Below, piece by piece: positions 30,485 to 40,083 of a DNA stretch of 64,000 bases. Made by a program: the position numbers and the translations under genes. Source of the DNA: an uncultured Bacillota bacterium (GTDB lineage Bacteria > Sysuimicrobiota > Sysuimicrobiia > Sysuimicrobiales > Segetimicrobiaceae); contig CAWDRG010000015.1 in the NCBI GenBank assembly GCA_963804645.1, positions 128,001-192,000 of the forward strand. The letters are read 5' to 3'. The notes under the pieces were generated by a model, which made no database searches, was not told where the DNA came from, and was given only the letters and a program-made list of their open reading frames with translations. The first letter of the stretch is position 1. The number at the start of each line of letters is the position of its first letter.

Positions 30485-30653
30485 GAACCTATCCCAAAAA
30501 CCTCCGAAGCCAATACTACGACGAGACTTTCGATCGCTACCCTTGAGATTGCGGATAACGATCCTAGTAGCCCGTTACCCGCTTCAACAATCTTCCCAAG
30601 TGCATGCGGCGATTCCGAGGCGGACTCCCGGGCCCGTAGGCCTCGCCGACACG

Positions 30654-31310
30654 TCATGGGCGATTGACATCATTATCCAAGAGTCCGGCACGGATGCCCA
30701 GGATGGCGGCCTGCGTGCGGTCGGCGACACCCAACTTGCTGAGGATTGTGCTGACGTAATTGCGTATCGTTCCCTCCGAGAGGTGGATGCGCGCGGCGAT
30801 GTCTGCGTTGGAAAGCCCCTCCGCCAACAGCGCAAGCACCTCACGTTCACGCTCGCTCAGCTCCGCTAGGGGCATCGTGTTTGTCGGAGCGGTCCGCGCG
30901 ATCCGTGCGAAGACTTTCCCCGCGACCTTCGGGTGCACCGGCGTCTGCCCGGCCGCGACTGCTCGGATCGCGGCAATGAGGTCCTCGGCCGGAGTATCTT
31001 TGAGCACGTACCCGGCCGCACCGCTGCGGATGGCGTCGAAAACCCATTCGTCGTCATCGTAGGTTGTCAGGACGAGGACCCGTACCTTCGGGTGACCTTC
31101 GCGGATCCGCCGCGTCGCCTCAACCCCGTTCAGGCCGGGCATCTTGAGATCCATGAGGATCACGTGCGGCTGAGCCGCGGGGAGCAGGGCCAGGACCTGG
31201 GCACCGTCCTGCGCGGTGCCCACAATCTCAATCTCGGGCACCTCGTTTAGGATGACCCGCAGACCCTCGCGGACGACCTCCTGATCATCGCAAATCAGCA
31301 CGCGAATCAT
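30654..31310 (-). CDS. NarL/LuxR family response regulator
   Basis: ICDDQ, LMDLKMP, LTTYDDD, GYVLK, LSEREREVL..LAEG.SN..IA..L.LSEGT. Confidence 0.95.
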   Translation of the reverse strand: MIRVLICDDQEVVREGLRVILNEVPEIEIVGTAQDGAQVLALLPAAQPHVILMDLKMPGLNGVEATRRIREGHPKVRVLVLTTYDDDEWVFDAIRSGAAGYVLKDTPAEDLIAAIRAVAAGQTPVHPKVAGKVFARIARTAPTNTMPLAELSEREREVLALLAEGLSNADIAARIHLSEGTIRNYVSTILSKLGVADRTQAAILGIRAGLLDNDVNRP

Positions 31311-32524
31311 GCCGGGATCGGAAGAATCAGATTGAGTGAGGTGGGGCCGCCGAGCCTGCTTCTGATCTCAACGGAGCCGCCGAGCATCTCAGCCCGCTCG
31401 TGCATGCCCCTCACTCCCAGATGGTTTCCGCCATCGAGCGCGGCGGGATCGAACCCGCGACCGTCGTCCACGACCGTCAACCGAAGGTTGGCTCCGACTC
31501 GTTCAAGCGCGACGGTAATGGACTTGGCGTCCGCGTGGCGGGCGACGTTCTCGAGGGCTTCCTGCGCCACCCGGTAGACGGACTGCTCGATCTCCGGTTG
31601 AAAGCGGGGTCCCGGTTCGATGGTTCGCACCGTCATCGCCGCGCCCGTTCGCGCGGCGACGGATTCCGCCAGCCGACGCAGCGCCAGCGGCAACCCCAGT
31701 TCGTCGAGCGGCGAGGCGCGTAAGTCGTGCAGGGCACGCCGTGCGTCGGCCACGCCGGTTCGCGTCGTCATCAGCGCCCGGTCCAGCAGGCCGCGCGCCA
31801 CACGCGGATCTGTGTCCCATACGGATCGCACCGCCTCGAGTTGGATGGCCAGTGCGCTCAGCGTGTGGGCGAGCGTATCGTGGAGCTCGCGGGCCAGGCG
31901 ATTTCGTTCCGCCGCGGTCGCCAGTTGCTCCACGGTGGCCGCGTGTCGCGCCAGCTGCTCGTTTTGCCGCAGCAGCGCGCGGCGTCGTTCCTGTCCAGCC
32001 GCGTGGAGGTACACGGCGATATAGCCGCCCATCGCGAGCAGGCCGGTCCGCAAAAACACAAGGGTAAGAACCGAACCAATCCCCGGTCCTCCCAACCGAC
32101 CGCCCGGCCGCGCAAGATACCACAGACTATCCACGAGGGCGGTGCCGAGGACGATCGCATTCACACCGCGGGCGCCGTATTGCTGAGCCGCGACCACCGT
32201 GGGGACCAGCACGGCCACGATGAATCCGGGAGCCGCGATGAGTTCAGGACCGAGAAATTGCGCGGGCGGCGTCACCTGATGGACCACGATCGACAGACCT
32301 ACCGCCAGCGTCAGGGCGGTCGGCACGTAACGGCGCCCGAGTCGCTGAGGCAGTCCGGGCCACAACAGAAAGACCAGGACCAGCAGCCCTTCGGGTACGT
32401 AGAAGAGTACCGTCGGACGGGCCACCGCGAGGACGAGCAACATCCCCAGCTGCAGCCCAATCCCGGTCCGGAAGGTCCGGAGAACCACGGAATCCGGCAG
32501 AACCCCCGGCGCGTACCCTGGCAT
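31307..32524 (-). CDS. HisKA_3 membrane sensor histidine kinase
   Basis: About six TM helices with short loops; ERNRLARELHDTLAH, QEALEN..RHA, DDGRGF, GVRGMHER. Confidence 0.95.
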   Translation of the reverse strand: MPGYAPGVLPDSVVLRTFRTGIGLQLGMLLVLAVARPTVLFYVPEGLLVLVFLLWPGLPQRLGRRYVPTALTLAVGLSIVVHQVTPPAQFLGPELIAAPGFIVAVLVPTVVAAQQYGARGVNAIVLGTALVDSLWYLARPGGRLGGPGIGSVLTLVFLRTGLLAMGGYIAVYLHAAGQERRRALLRQNEQLARHAATVEQLATAAERNRLARELHDTLAHTLSALAIQLEAVRSVWDTDPRVARGLLDRALMTTRTGVADARRALHDLRASPLDELGLPLALRRLAESVAARTGAAMTVRTIEPGPRFQPEIEQSVYRVAQEALENVARHADAKSITVALERVGANLRLTVVDDGRGFDPAALDGGNHLGVRGMHERAEMLGGSVEIRSRLGGPTSLNLILPIPA

Positions 32525-32584
32525 AGTCCAGATTATATCGCCCCCACCGCATCCGCGACACGTGCCCGCGATCACAAGTCTGGC

Positions 32585-32598
32585 ATGACAGCGGTCAT
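32585..32598. promoter_or_regulatory. Palindrome, candidate response-regulator binding site
   Basis: ATGAC-AGCG-GTCAT in the divergent intergenic region between the kinase and the peptide genes. Confidence 0.5.
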
Positions 32599-32713
32599 AT
32601 TCCCACGCTGAGCGGCGCTGCCCCAGATCGTGACGGTGTCCACTACGCGAGGGCCGGAGGGTGCGCTACCATGCGGCCTAGCAACTCAAAAACGCGAGAG
32701 GGAGGGGATGCAA

Positions 32714-32893
32714 ATGGAGCGGCTGCAGAAGGTCGTGGTGAGCGGGCTGGCGTTGATTGCGGTGGGTGTCGCGGTGGCACTGGCGCCCATGACGGCGCGG
32801 GCGGACGAGCAGGTCCCGGGCAACCCCGGCGGCGCGACGCAGATTCCGGCGTCCCAGGTCGGAAACGCCCAGGGCGACGGCAGCGGGCAGTAG
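32714..32893 (+). CDS. Small secreted peptide A (59 aa; predicted 29-aa mature peptide)
   Basis: RBS GGAGG; Sec-type leader ending ARA; mature DEQVPGNPGGATQIPASQVGNAQGDGSGQ. Confidence 0.65.
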   Translation: MERLQKVVVSGLALIAVGVAVALAPMTARADEQVPGNPGGATQIPASQVGNAQGDGSGQ

Positions 32894-33009
32894 GGGAGGA
32901 GGCGCGGGTTATGGACCGCGCCGGAATCACGAGAACGGGAATCTGGCACAGCCAGCGGCGCACGTTCCGCTGGCTGTGCCGCCAACTCGTCGTACAGGAG
33001 GGGAGCGAC

Positions 33010-33165
33010 ATGGAACCGATCAGGACGGCGCTCGGGAGGCTCGTGCTCGGGGTGATACTGATGCTGGCGGCGCCCGCGCTTGCGCAGATCAACGTCACGC
33101 CCGTTCCGCCGGCAACCGGCGGTGTGAGTCAGATCAATGGTCCGGACCAGGGGACCGGACAATGA
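33010..33165 (+). CDS. Small secreted peptide B (51 aa; predicted 26-aa mature peptide)
   Basis: RBS AGGAGG; leader ending ALA; mature QINVTPVPPATGGVSQINGPDQGTGQ. An alternative in-frame ATG lies at 32911. Confidence 0.65.
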   Translation: MEPIRTALGRLVLGVILMLAAPALAQINVTPVPPATGGVSQINGPDQGTGQ

Positions 33166-33887
33166 CTCTTATTCTCACCCAAGTCATCCTACAATCGATC
33201 TCGTCGACGCTCGACTGGGTCGGCTTCTACGTCGGCATCCGCACCGTCCCGGGAGACCAGTCCCGACAGAGATTCTGGATCGTCGCTTCGGCAGTCGTGT
33301 TCGGGGTATGGCTGTTTGCGATCGTGCTGTTGGCCTCGCAGCACGTCTTCCGCAACGATGTCCGGCCCCCGCGCATCCCCATGACGCTGCTCGCGACGCT
33401 CGCCATTGGATATCTCTCTCTCATGTCGCAAACGTTCCGCCGCATCATTGCTGGCATTCCCCAACATTGGCTGATCGGCATTCAAACGTTCAGAATTCTC
33501 GGCGCGGTGTTCCTGATTCGCTATATTCAGGGCCAGTTGCCTGGTGTGTTTGCGATTCCTGCCGGCGTGGGGGACATACTGACAGGAGTCCTGGCACCGT
33601 TCGTCGCGTACTGGTGGTATGCGGGTAAACCCTACGCCCGCGGCGCCGCGATTGCCTGGAACCTGTTCGGCATGGCCGATCTCATCAACGCCCTCACGAT
33701 CGGAGTGCTCACGCGGGGCGGGGGCATCGTGTTTCCCCTCGTGCTCATTCCGGTTTATGCGGTGCCGCGAGCGCTCCTCGTCCACTCGTACTCACTCATC
33801 GGCCTGCTCCGCAACACGTCGCTACGGCCAAAGCCGACAGAGTCACTGCATTACGGACCCGAGATCCCCCGTGGGTCACCGCAATGA
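33162..33887 (+). CDS. Uncharacterised polytopic membrane protein
   Basis: About seven hydrophobic segments; WLIGIQTFRILG, LPGVFAIPAG.GD, WNLFGMADL, FPLVLIP. ATGA-coupled to peptide B. Confidence 0.75.
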   Translation: MTLILTQVILQSISSTLDWVGFYVGIRTVPGDQSRQRFWIVASAVVFGVWLFAIVLLASQHVFRNDVRPPRIPMTLLATLAIGYLSLMSQTFRRIIAGIPQHWLIGIQTFRILGAVFLIRYIQGQLPGVFAIPAGVGDILTGVLAPFVAYWWYAGKPYARGAAIAWNLFGMADLINALTIGVLTRGGGIVFPLVLIPVYAVPRALLVHSYSLIGLLRNTSLRPKPTESLHYGPEIPRGSPQ

Positions 33888-34460
33888 TGTCCGCCACCCC
33901 GATCGGCGCACACCGACCGCCGCTGTGGCTCAAGCTGCCAACAGCCGCCGGCAACGCCGTGCAACTGATCGGGCTCGCGATCGGCGCCGCGCTGACGTAT
34001 GCGGCGACGGCGGCGCACTGGCCCGCAGTGGTTCGGATCGTGTTGATGATGGCGGGGTGGGTCGCCCTCCTTTGGTCCAGCCACGCGATTGCGCATTGGG
34101 GCGTTGGCCGGCTCGTCGGCATCCAGTTTCGCGGGTATGGCATCAGGGGCAGCGACCACCCGGAGATCTATCCTCCGCGAACTCGGGCGTTCTTGGCGCA
34201 CGTTCCTTTCTTTGTTGCGCTCACGAGTAAAGAGCATGAAACGATCTGCTCCAATAGCGAAGGCGCTCATGTTCAGCGCCGGCGAAACGTCGACAACGCT
34301 GTGGACCCTCGTTGCGGCCTGGTATGTGACGCGTGAGCGCGCCCCAGCCGGCCGCGCGCTGTTGGTCTTCACGCTTATCTGGAACCTCGTCGCGACAGTA
34401 CTCACCAGCCGTGCATCGTCGGGAGACTATGCCAAAGCTCTTCGTGCTTATCGGGACTGA
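33884..34460 (+). CDS. Membrane protein with HxxxH...N...GD motifs (site-2-protease/zincin-like), frameshift near 34232
   Basis: SHAIAHW..GRLVGI in the first frame; MFSAG..WN..SSGDY in the second frame. Restoring 2 bp at AAAGAG(AG)C joins them. Confidence 0.55.
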
Positions 34461-34517
34461 TTGCAATCCGAGTCCCTTGATATGATCAAAGACCGTACCT
34501 CGATCGTACAGAGGTTG

Positions 34518-35350
34518 ATGCCGATGGCGGCGCGACACAAGTCGAAGCGACGACTTCGCACGATCTGGCGGATCCCTGAGGAGGTCTGGGCCCAACTCGA
34601 GCCGCTCCTCCCCCCCGAAAAGGCGCCCGGGACGCCCGGGCGCCCGGTGGTTCCCTTCCGCCAGGTCATGGACGGCATCCTGTACGTGCTCCGCACGGGC
34701 TGCCAATGGAAAGCGTTGCCCAGGGAATATGGATCCGGCTCCACCTGCCACCGCCGCTTCCAGGCATGGGTCGACGCCGGCGTCTTCGAGCGGCTGTGGG
34801 GCACACTGCTGACCCGGTACGACGAACTCCGAGGGATCCAGTGGCGCTGGCAATCGCTGGACAGCGCCACGGTCAAGGCGCCGTTGGGGGGGCTCACACA
34901 GGGCCCAATCCGACGGATCGCGGCAAGCTCGGGACGAAGCGCCACACGCTGACCGATCAACGCGGCGCCCCGCTCGCCGTCGTGGTGACCGGGGCCAACT
35001 GCCATGACATGAAAGCGGCGACGGCCACACTGGATAATCTCCCCATCCGGCGGCCCCGGCCGACGCCTGAGCATCCGCAACATCTGTGCCTCGACAAAGG
35101 ATATGACTATCCGGAGATCGAGGTGGCCTTGCGGAAGCGGCATTACGTCCCTCATATGCGCCATCGCGGTGAATGCCTCCCGAGACGTCGCCGGCATCCG
35201 GCGCGTCGCTGGGTCGTGGAACGCACCGGCGCCTGGCACAACCGGTTTCGGAAACTTCTCGTCCGCTACGAGAAGCGGATGGAAAATTACCATGCGTTGG
35301 TGCATTTCGCATGCGCCCTGATCGTCTACCGGCTCACGGTTTTGGGATAG
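34518..35350 (+). CDS. IS5 family transposase in two ORFs joined by a likely -1 frameshift at a G7 run (about 34886-34892)
   Basis: ILYVLRTGCQWKALP..YGSGSTCHRRFQ.W, LDS; GPNPTDRGKLGTKRH, LDKGYD, RWVVER..AW..RFRKL. Confidence 0.9.
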
Positions 35351-35386
35351 GTTCTAAGGCGGATCGCGGCGACGCGCCGGGCCTGG

Positions 35387-36202
35387 TCACACCCGATCGA
35401 GAAACGCGCGCAGACGGCTGAAGAGGGCGTCCGGCTCTTCCGCCTGCGGGGAATGCCCGCTGTGCTCGAACACATGCAGCTCCGCGTGGGGCAGCAGCCG
35501 CTGAATCTCCAGTGACTCTTCGACGGGGCAGATCCAGTCGTGGCGGCCGACGCCGATGAACGCCGGGACCCCGACCTTCGATAGGACCGGCCGCACGTCG
35601 TAACGCGCATAGTCGAGGATCAGCGCGCGCCGGGTCTCCGGGTCGAACGACCGCCCCGCAAGGCTGGTGGGGGCGCGGCGCTTATCGTAGTAGTAGAGCG
35701 GTTGGATCGTCTCGAACGCGCGCTGGAATGCCGCGGCCTCACGGAGCGACCCGTCCCACAGCCGTCGGTACGCCGCGATGATCTCCGGCGTGCCCTGGCG
35801 TTCGGCGTTCTCGGTCGCCCGAGCCATGAACCCGCCGCTCGGGGCGGTCCCGATCAGCACCAGCGCGCGCGGCTCGGACGGATACCGGGTTGCGTAGACG
35901 AGTGCGGCGAAGCCGCCGGCCGAGGTCCCCGCCACGATGGGATGCTCCAGGCCGAGCGCGCCGATCAGCGCGTGCAGGTCCTCCGCCTGGTCCGCGATCG
36001 TGTACGTCTCGATCGGAGCGCGCGACGACGCCCCGTGCCCGCGGTGTTCGTAGGCGACCAGCTGCACGCGGTCTGCCAGGGACCGATAGGGGCCGATCCG
36101 GTCGGGATGGCCCATCCCGGGTCCTCCGTGCACGAGCACGTACGGCGGTCCTGCCCCGGTCGTGTCGTACGACAGCTCGACCCCGCGCACGCGCACCTTC
36201 AT
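35387..36202 (-). CDS. Alpha/beta hydrolase (proline iminopeptidase-like)
   Basis: HGGPG, RGHGAS, GTSAGG, GRHDWICP, SGHSP. Confidence 0.85.
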   Translation of the reverse strand: MKVRVRGVELSYDTTGAGPPYVLVHGGPGMGHPDRIGPYRSLADRVQLVAYEHRGHGASSRAPIETYTIADQAEDLHALIGALGLEHPIVAGTSAGGFAALVYATRYPSEPRALVLIGTAPSGGFMARATENAERQGTPEIIAAYRRLWDGSLREAAAFQRAFETIQPLYYYDKRRAPTSLAGRSFDPETRRALILDYARYDVRPVLSKVGVPAFIGVGRHDWICPVEESLEIQRLLPHAELHVFEHSGHSPQAEEPDALFSRLRAFLDRV

Positions 36203-37081
36203 CGGCGTCTGGGGTCGAGGGCGTCTCGGAGGCCGTCGCCGAGCAGATTGATGCTCGCGACCGTGAGGAAGATCGCGGTGCCCGGGAATGTCGCGATCCA
36301 CCACGCGGTATCCACGTAACGCCTCCCGTCGACCAGCATGTTGCCCCAGCTCGGTGCCGGGGGCTGAATCCCGAACCCGAGATAGCTCAGTCCTGACTCG
36401 ATCAGAATGGCTTCCGCCATGAACAGCGTGGCTTGGACAATCAGCGTCGGCATCACGTTCGGCAGCAGGTGAGCTCGGATCACCCGCCGCGCACGGGCGC
36501 CCAAGGCGACGGCCGCCTCGACGAACTGATGCTGCCGCACCCGAAGCGCTTCCCCCCGCACGATGCGCGCGGTGGGGGGCCAGTAGACCAGGCCGATGAC
36601 CAAGATCGTGTTGCGCAGGCTCGGCCCGAAGAGCGCGATGATGAGCAGCACCAGCAGGAGCGGGGGGATGCCGAGCGCGAGTTCGGTCAAGCGCGTCAGC
36701 CAGAGGTCGGACGGGCCCCGAAAGTATCCGCTGAGCGCCCCGATCGTCGTGCCGACCATCATGGCGAGCGCGGTGGCGATCGCGCCCGTCGCCAGCGAGG
36801 CGCGCGCGCCCACGAGGATCCGGCTCAGGACATCGCGTCCGTACGCGTCGGTCCCGAGCAGGTGTACCGCGTCGGGGGGCGCAAGGCGCCGATCGAGGTC
36901 TCTGGAGATCCGGCTGGAACGGGACGATCCACGGGGCGGCGATCGCGACGACGAGAATCAGCATGAGGGTGCACGAGCTGACGACCGCGACGCGATTGGC
37001 GGCCAGCGTGCGGATCGCAGTCGCACGCGGCGAGCGGGTGCCGCCGGCGTGGGTACGCAGCAGGACGGTGGGCGTGCTCAT
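36199..37081 (-). CDS. Peptide ABC transporter permease (DppC-like), frameshift near 36885
   Basis: N-terminus in one frame; HLLGTDAYGRD..ARIVRG..FVEAAVALGA..HLLPN..LSYLGFG..PSWG in another. Confidence 0.85.
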
Positions 37082-38028
37082 TGCCACACGATGCGCGGGT
37101 CGGCCAGCGAGTACAGCAGGTCGGTGAGCACGTTGCCGAGGATCACGGCCAGCGCGATCAGCAGGTTGAGGCCCAGCAGCAGCGGATAGTCCCGGCCGAT
37201 CACCGCGTCCACGGCGAGCCGGCCGACACCCGGCCATGCGAACACCGTCTCCGTGAGGACCGCGCCCCCGATGAGGAACCGGGTCGACAGGCCGAGCAGC
37301 GTGATCAGCGGAATCAGGCCGTTGCGGAACGCGTGCCGCAGCAGGACCCGCGCCGATCGGAGCCCTTTGGCCCGCGCCACCGTGACGTAGGGCTGCGCCA
37401 GCGCCTCGAGCAGGCTCGAGCGCGTGAACCTGAGAAACGAGGCGATCTGGGTGCTCGCGAGCGTGAGCGTGGGAAGCACGAGATGGCGCAGGTGGTCGGC
37501 GAGGCCACCGGTGGTCCCGTAGTCTCCGTAGCCGGAAGCCGGCAGCCATCGGAGCGTCACCGCGAAGAGCAAGATGAGGAGAATGCCGAGCCAGAAGCTC
37601 GGGAACGAGACGCCCGCGAGCGCCAGGCTCGTGGCGCCCCGGTCGACCCACGTGTTCGGCCGCGTGGCCGAGACGATGCCGAGCGGCACGGCCACGGCCA
37701 GGGCGAGCGCGAGCGATCCCGCGGCGAGCTGGACCGTGGCGCCGATATGCTCGCCGACCACCCCCAGCACCGGCGTCCCCTGCAGGTACGAGATTCCGAA
37801 GTTGCCGCGGAGCGCGTTGAGGAGCCACCGCACGTACTGCACCGGCAGCGGCTGGTCGAGGCCGAGGCTCCGCCGCAGTGACGCGGCGTCCTGCTGGTTC
37901 AGGTCGCCCCCCAGCAGTGTGGCTTCCGGTCCGCCGGGCGCCACGTGAATCAGGATGAACAGAACGACCGAGACGCCGAGGAGCATGGGCAGCGCTCCCA
38001 GCACCCGGCGTGCGAGGTACGCGCTCAC
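37078..38028 (-). CDS. Peptide ABC transporter permease (DppB-like)
   Basis: GLDQPLPVQY, PSFWLG, ARAKGL, HAFRN, ETVFAWPGVG, DPRI. Confidence 0.95.
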   Translation of the reverse strand: MSAYLARRVLGALPMLLGVSVVLFILIHVAPGGPEATLLGGDLNQQDAASLRRSLGLDQPLPVQYVRWLLNALRGNFGISYLQGTPVLGVVGEHIGATVQLAAGSLALALAVAVPLGIVSATRPNTWVDRGATSLALAGVSFPSFWLGILLILLFAVTLRWLPASGYGDYGTTGGLADHLRHLVLPTLTLASTQIASFLRFTRSSLLEALAQPYVTVARAKGLRSARVLLRHAFRNGLIPLITLLGLSTRFLIGGAVLTETVFAWPGVGRLAVDAVIGRDYPLLLGLNLLIALAVILGNVLTDLLYSLADPRIVWQ

Positions 38029-38035
38029 GGGTCTC

Positions 38036-39706
38036 TTAGGACTGCCAGGAGGCCTTCCGCAGCGATTGGTAGATCGCCGCCTGGGCGGGAATCAGCGCGA
38101 CGCCCCGCAGCCGCTTGTCGTAGACGTACATTTCCTTTTGATAGAAGCCCCAGACGTACGGCGCGTCCTCCGCCAGTACCTGCTGCATCTTCACGTAGGC
38201 CGCGCGCCTGGTGGCGCGGTCGCGCCCGCGCCGCCCCGCCTCGAGCAGTTGGTCGACCTGCGGGTTCTTGTAGTGCACGAAGTTGCGGCCGTTCCACTGG
38301 CTGCTGTCCCAAATCGTGTAGTTGAAGGGATCGGGGTCGGGGTGGCCGGTCCAGCCCACCAGGATCGCCTCGAAATCGGACGCGAACAACTGGCGCACAA
38401 ACGTCGGCCAGTCGAGCAGCGCGATGTCGGCCTGGACGCCCGCCAGGGCGAGTTGGGCTTGGATGATGACGGCGGAGTCCCGCACCGATTGCGAGCTCTG
38501 ATCGCCCTTGATGCCGAAGCGGAGCGGCTGGCCGTTCCGCTGCATGATCCCGTTCGGGCCCGGCGTAAAGCCCGCTTCGGCCAGCAGGCTCTTCGCCTGC
38601 GCCGGATCGTAGGCGTAGCGTTTGACCTGCGGGGTGTAGGCCCAGCTCGTCGGCGGGATCGGGCCGGTCGCCGGCAGCGCGTAGCCCAGCAGCACCTTGT
38701 GGACGATTGCGTCGAAGTCCACCGCGTACGAGAGCGCCTGGCGGACGCGCACGTCGTTGAACGGCGGCCGGTCGAGTTTGAACCCGAGATACTCGTAGCT
38801 CGGCGTGTAGATGCCGGCGACGGTGTAGTCGTTCTTGAGGCGCTCCAGCTCGTCGATCGGCGGGTCGTCCAGCATGTCGATGCCCCCGGTGCGCAGCGCT
38901 TGAGTGCGCACCACGGGATCCGGGATCACCCGGAAGATCACTTGGCGGATCGCCGGGCGGCCGCCGTAGTACCGGTCGAACGCCTCGAGGGTGATGCTGT
39001 CGCTTTTCCGCCACTCGACCACGCGGTACGCGCCGTTCCCGACCGGCTTCGAGTTGAACGGCCCGGTGTTGATGTCCTGGCCCTGCAGCGCGTGCCTCGG
39101 GATGATGCCGCCGCGGGGGGCCGTGAGCACGCCCAAGAAGGCGGCGTACGGGTAGCTCAGATTGAACCGCACGGTGTGGGGATCCAGGACCTCCACCGGC
39201 CGCTTCGGCAGTGACGCCGGATCGGCGGGATGGTCGGGATTGGTGAGCTCCGCGTATCCCGCCAGCGCGCCGAAGAACGCGCGAGATGCGGCGTGTGTCT
39301 TTGGGTCGAGCATCGTGTAAAACGTGAACGCGACGTCGTCCGCGGTGAACGGGGTCCCATCGTGCCACACGACGTCCGTACGGAGGTGAAACGTGTACGT
39401 CTGCCCGTCCGCCGACACGTCCCACCGTTGGGCGAGCATCGGCCGGATCCCCAGGGTTTCGTCGTATTCGACCAGGCCGTCGAAGACCGGCCACTCAACT
39501 TTGTACGACTGACCGTCGCTGGCGATCACCGGGTTGATGAACGAAATGTCGCCGCCGATCCCAATGACAAGCGAGTCCTTCGGCTGGCCCGGCCCAGACG
39601 CCGCGTCCGCCCGCCGAAGCGGCGAGGACACAGCCGTGCCCAGTGCGATCCCCGCGCCGACGGCTCCCGATCGTGCCAGCAACTGCCTTCGAGTGAGCCT
39701 GGCCAT
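38036..39706 (-). CDS. Peptide ABC transporter substrate-binding protein (family 5), Tat signal
   Basis: LTRRQLL; WHDGTPFTADDV, PVGNGAY, DVRVRQAL. No ATPase genes adjacent. Confidence 0.95.
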   Translation of the reverse strand: MARLTRRQLLARSGAVGAGIALGTAVSSPLRRADAASGPGQPKDSLVIGIGGDISFINPVIASDGQSYKVEWPVFDGLVEYDETLGIRPMLAQRWDVSADGQTYTFHLRTDVVWHDGTPFTADDVAFTFYTMLDPKTHAASRAFFGALAGYAELTNPDHPADPASLPKRPVEVLDPHTVRFNLSYPYAAFLGVLTAPRGGIIPRHALQGQDINTGPFNSKPVGNGAYRVVEWRKSDSITLEAFDRYYGGRPAIRQVIFRVIPDPVVRTQALRTGGIDMLDDPPIDELERLKNDYTVAGIYTPSYEYLGFKLDRPPFNDVRVRQALSYAVDFDAIVHKVLLGYALPATGPIPPTSWAYTPQVKRYAYDPAQAKSLLAEAGFTPGPNGIMQRNGQPLRFGIKGDQSSQSVRDSAVIIQAQLALAGVQADIALLDWPTFVRQLFASDFEAILVGWTGHPDPDPFNYTIWDSSQWNGRNFVHYKNPQVDQLLEAGRRGRDRATRRAAYVKMQQVLAEDAPYVWGFYQKEMYVYDKRLRGVALIPAQAAIYQSLRKASWQS

Positions 39707-39885
39707 GGTCATCACCCTTCACGGAGCAGAATGAGTGGCGTGATCTCGGGCCTGGTTCGTGCGGCCCGGCGGCCGACCCGGACGCCGAGCGTTTCGCTAA
39801 TATTGGCGCTTCCCGGCCGTCTCCCTGCGTGTGGGCGGCGAGGACCGGATGACATTTGCACTCGGTGACGGTCCGCGCTGCGGCG

Positions 39886-39911
39886 GGAATAGGCGGGCGG
39901 CGGCGCACGTT
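39886..39911 (+). promoter_or_regulatory. Putative SigH/SigR-type ECF promoter for the cysteine operon
   Basis: GGAAT-N18-GTT (GGAAT 39886-90, GTT 39909-11). Confidence 0.5.
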
Positions 39912-40083
39912 CGTGCTGGGTGAATATGGGGAACTTCTGTATCTGTACGAAGGCATACGGTCCGGTGACGGGGGGTGTCGCCGGGGCTGAATAGTTGGGC
40001 GCCTTTGTGTCCTTGCAGGATCCGGACGGCCGCGGCGCCCTACACCGCGGCCGCGATCTTTGTGTAGGAGAGGAGACGATCCG

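Larger units (their letters stand above)
30485..35354 (+). mobile_element. Cargo-carrying IS5-family element (transporter IS), 4,870 bp
   Basis: IR GAACCTATCCCAAAA at 30485-30499 and its exact reverse complement TTTTGGGATAGGTTC at 35340-35354. TAA flanks both sides (30482-84, 35355-57). One IS5 transposase at the right end. Confidence 0.85.

Noticed and set aside
35387..37828. 813-aa ORF as a permease-hydrolase fusion
   Set aside because: It is a chance open frame in high-GC DNA plus the dppC frameshift; the hydrolase has its own ATG at 36202.
36199..39706. Peptide ABC operon without ATPase genes as a novelty
   Set aside because: Sharing ATPases among Dpp/Opp operons is common.
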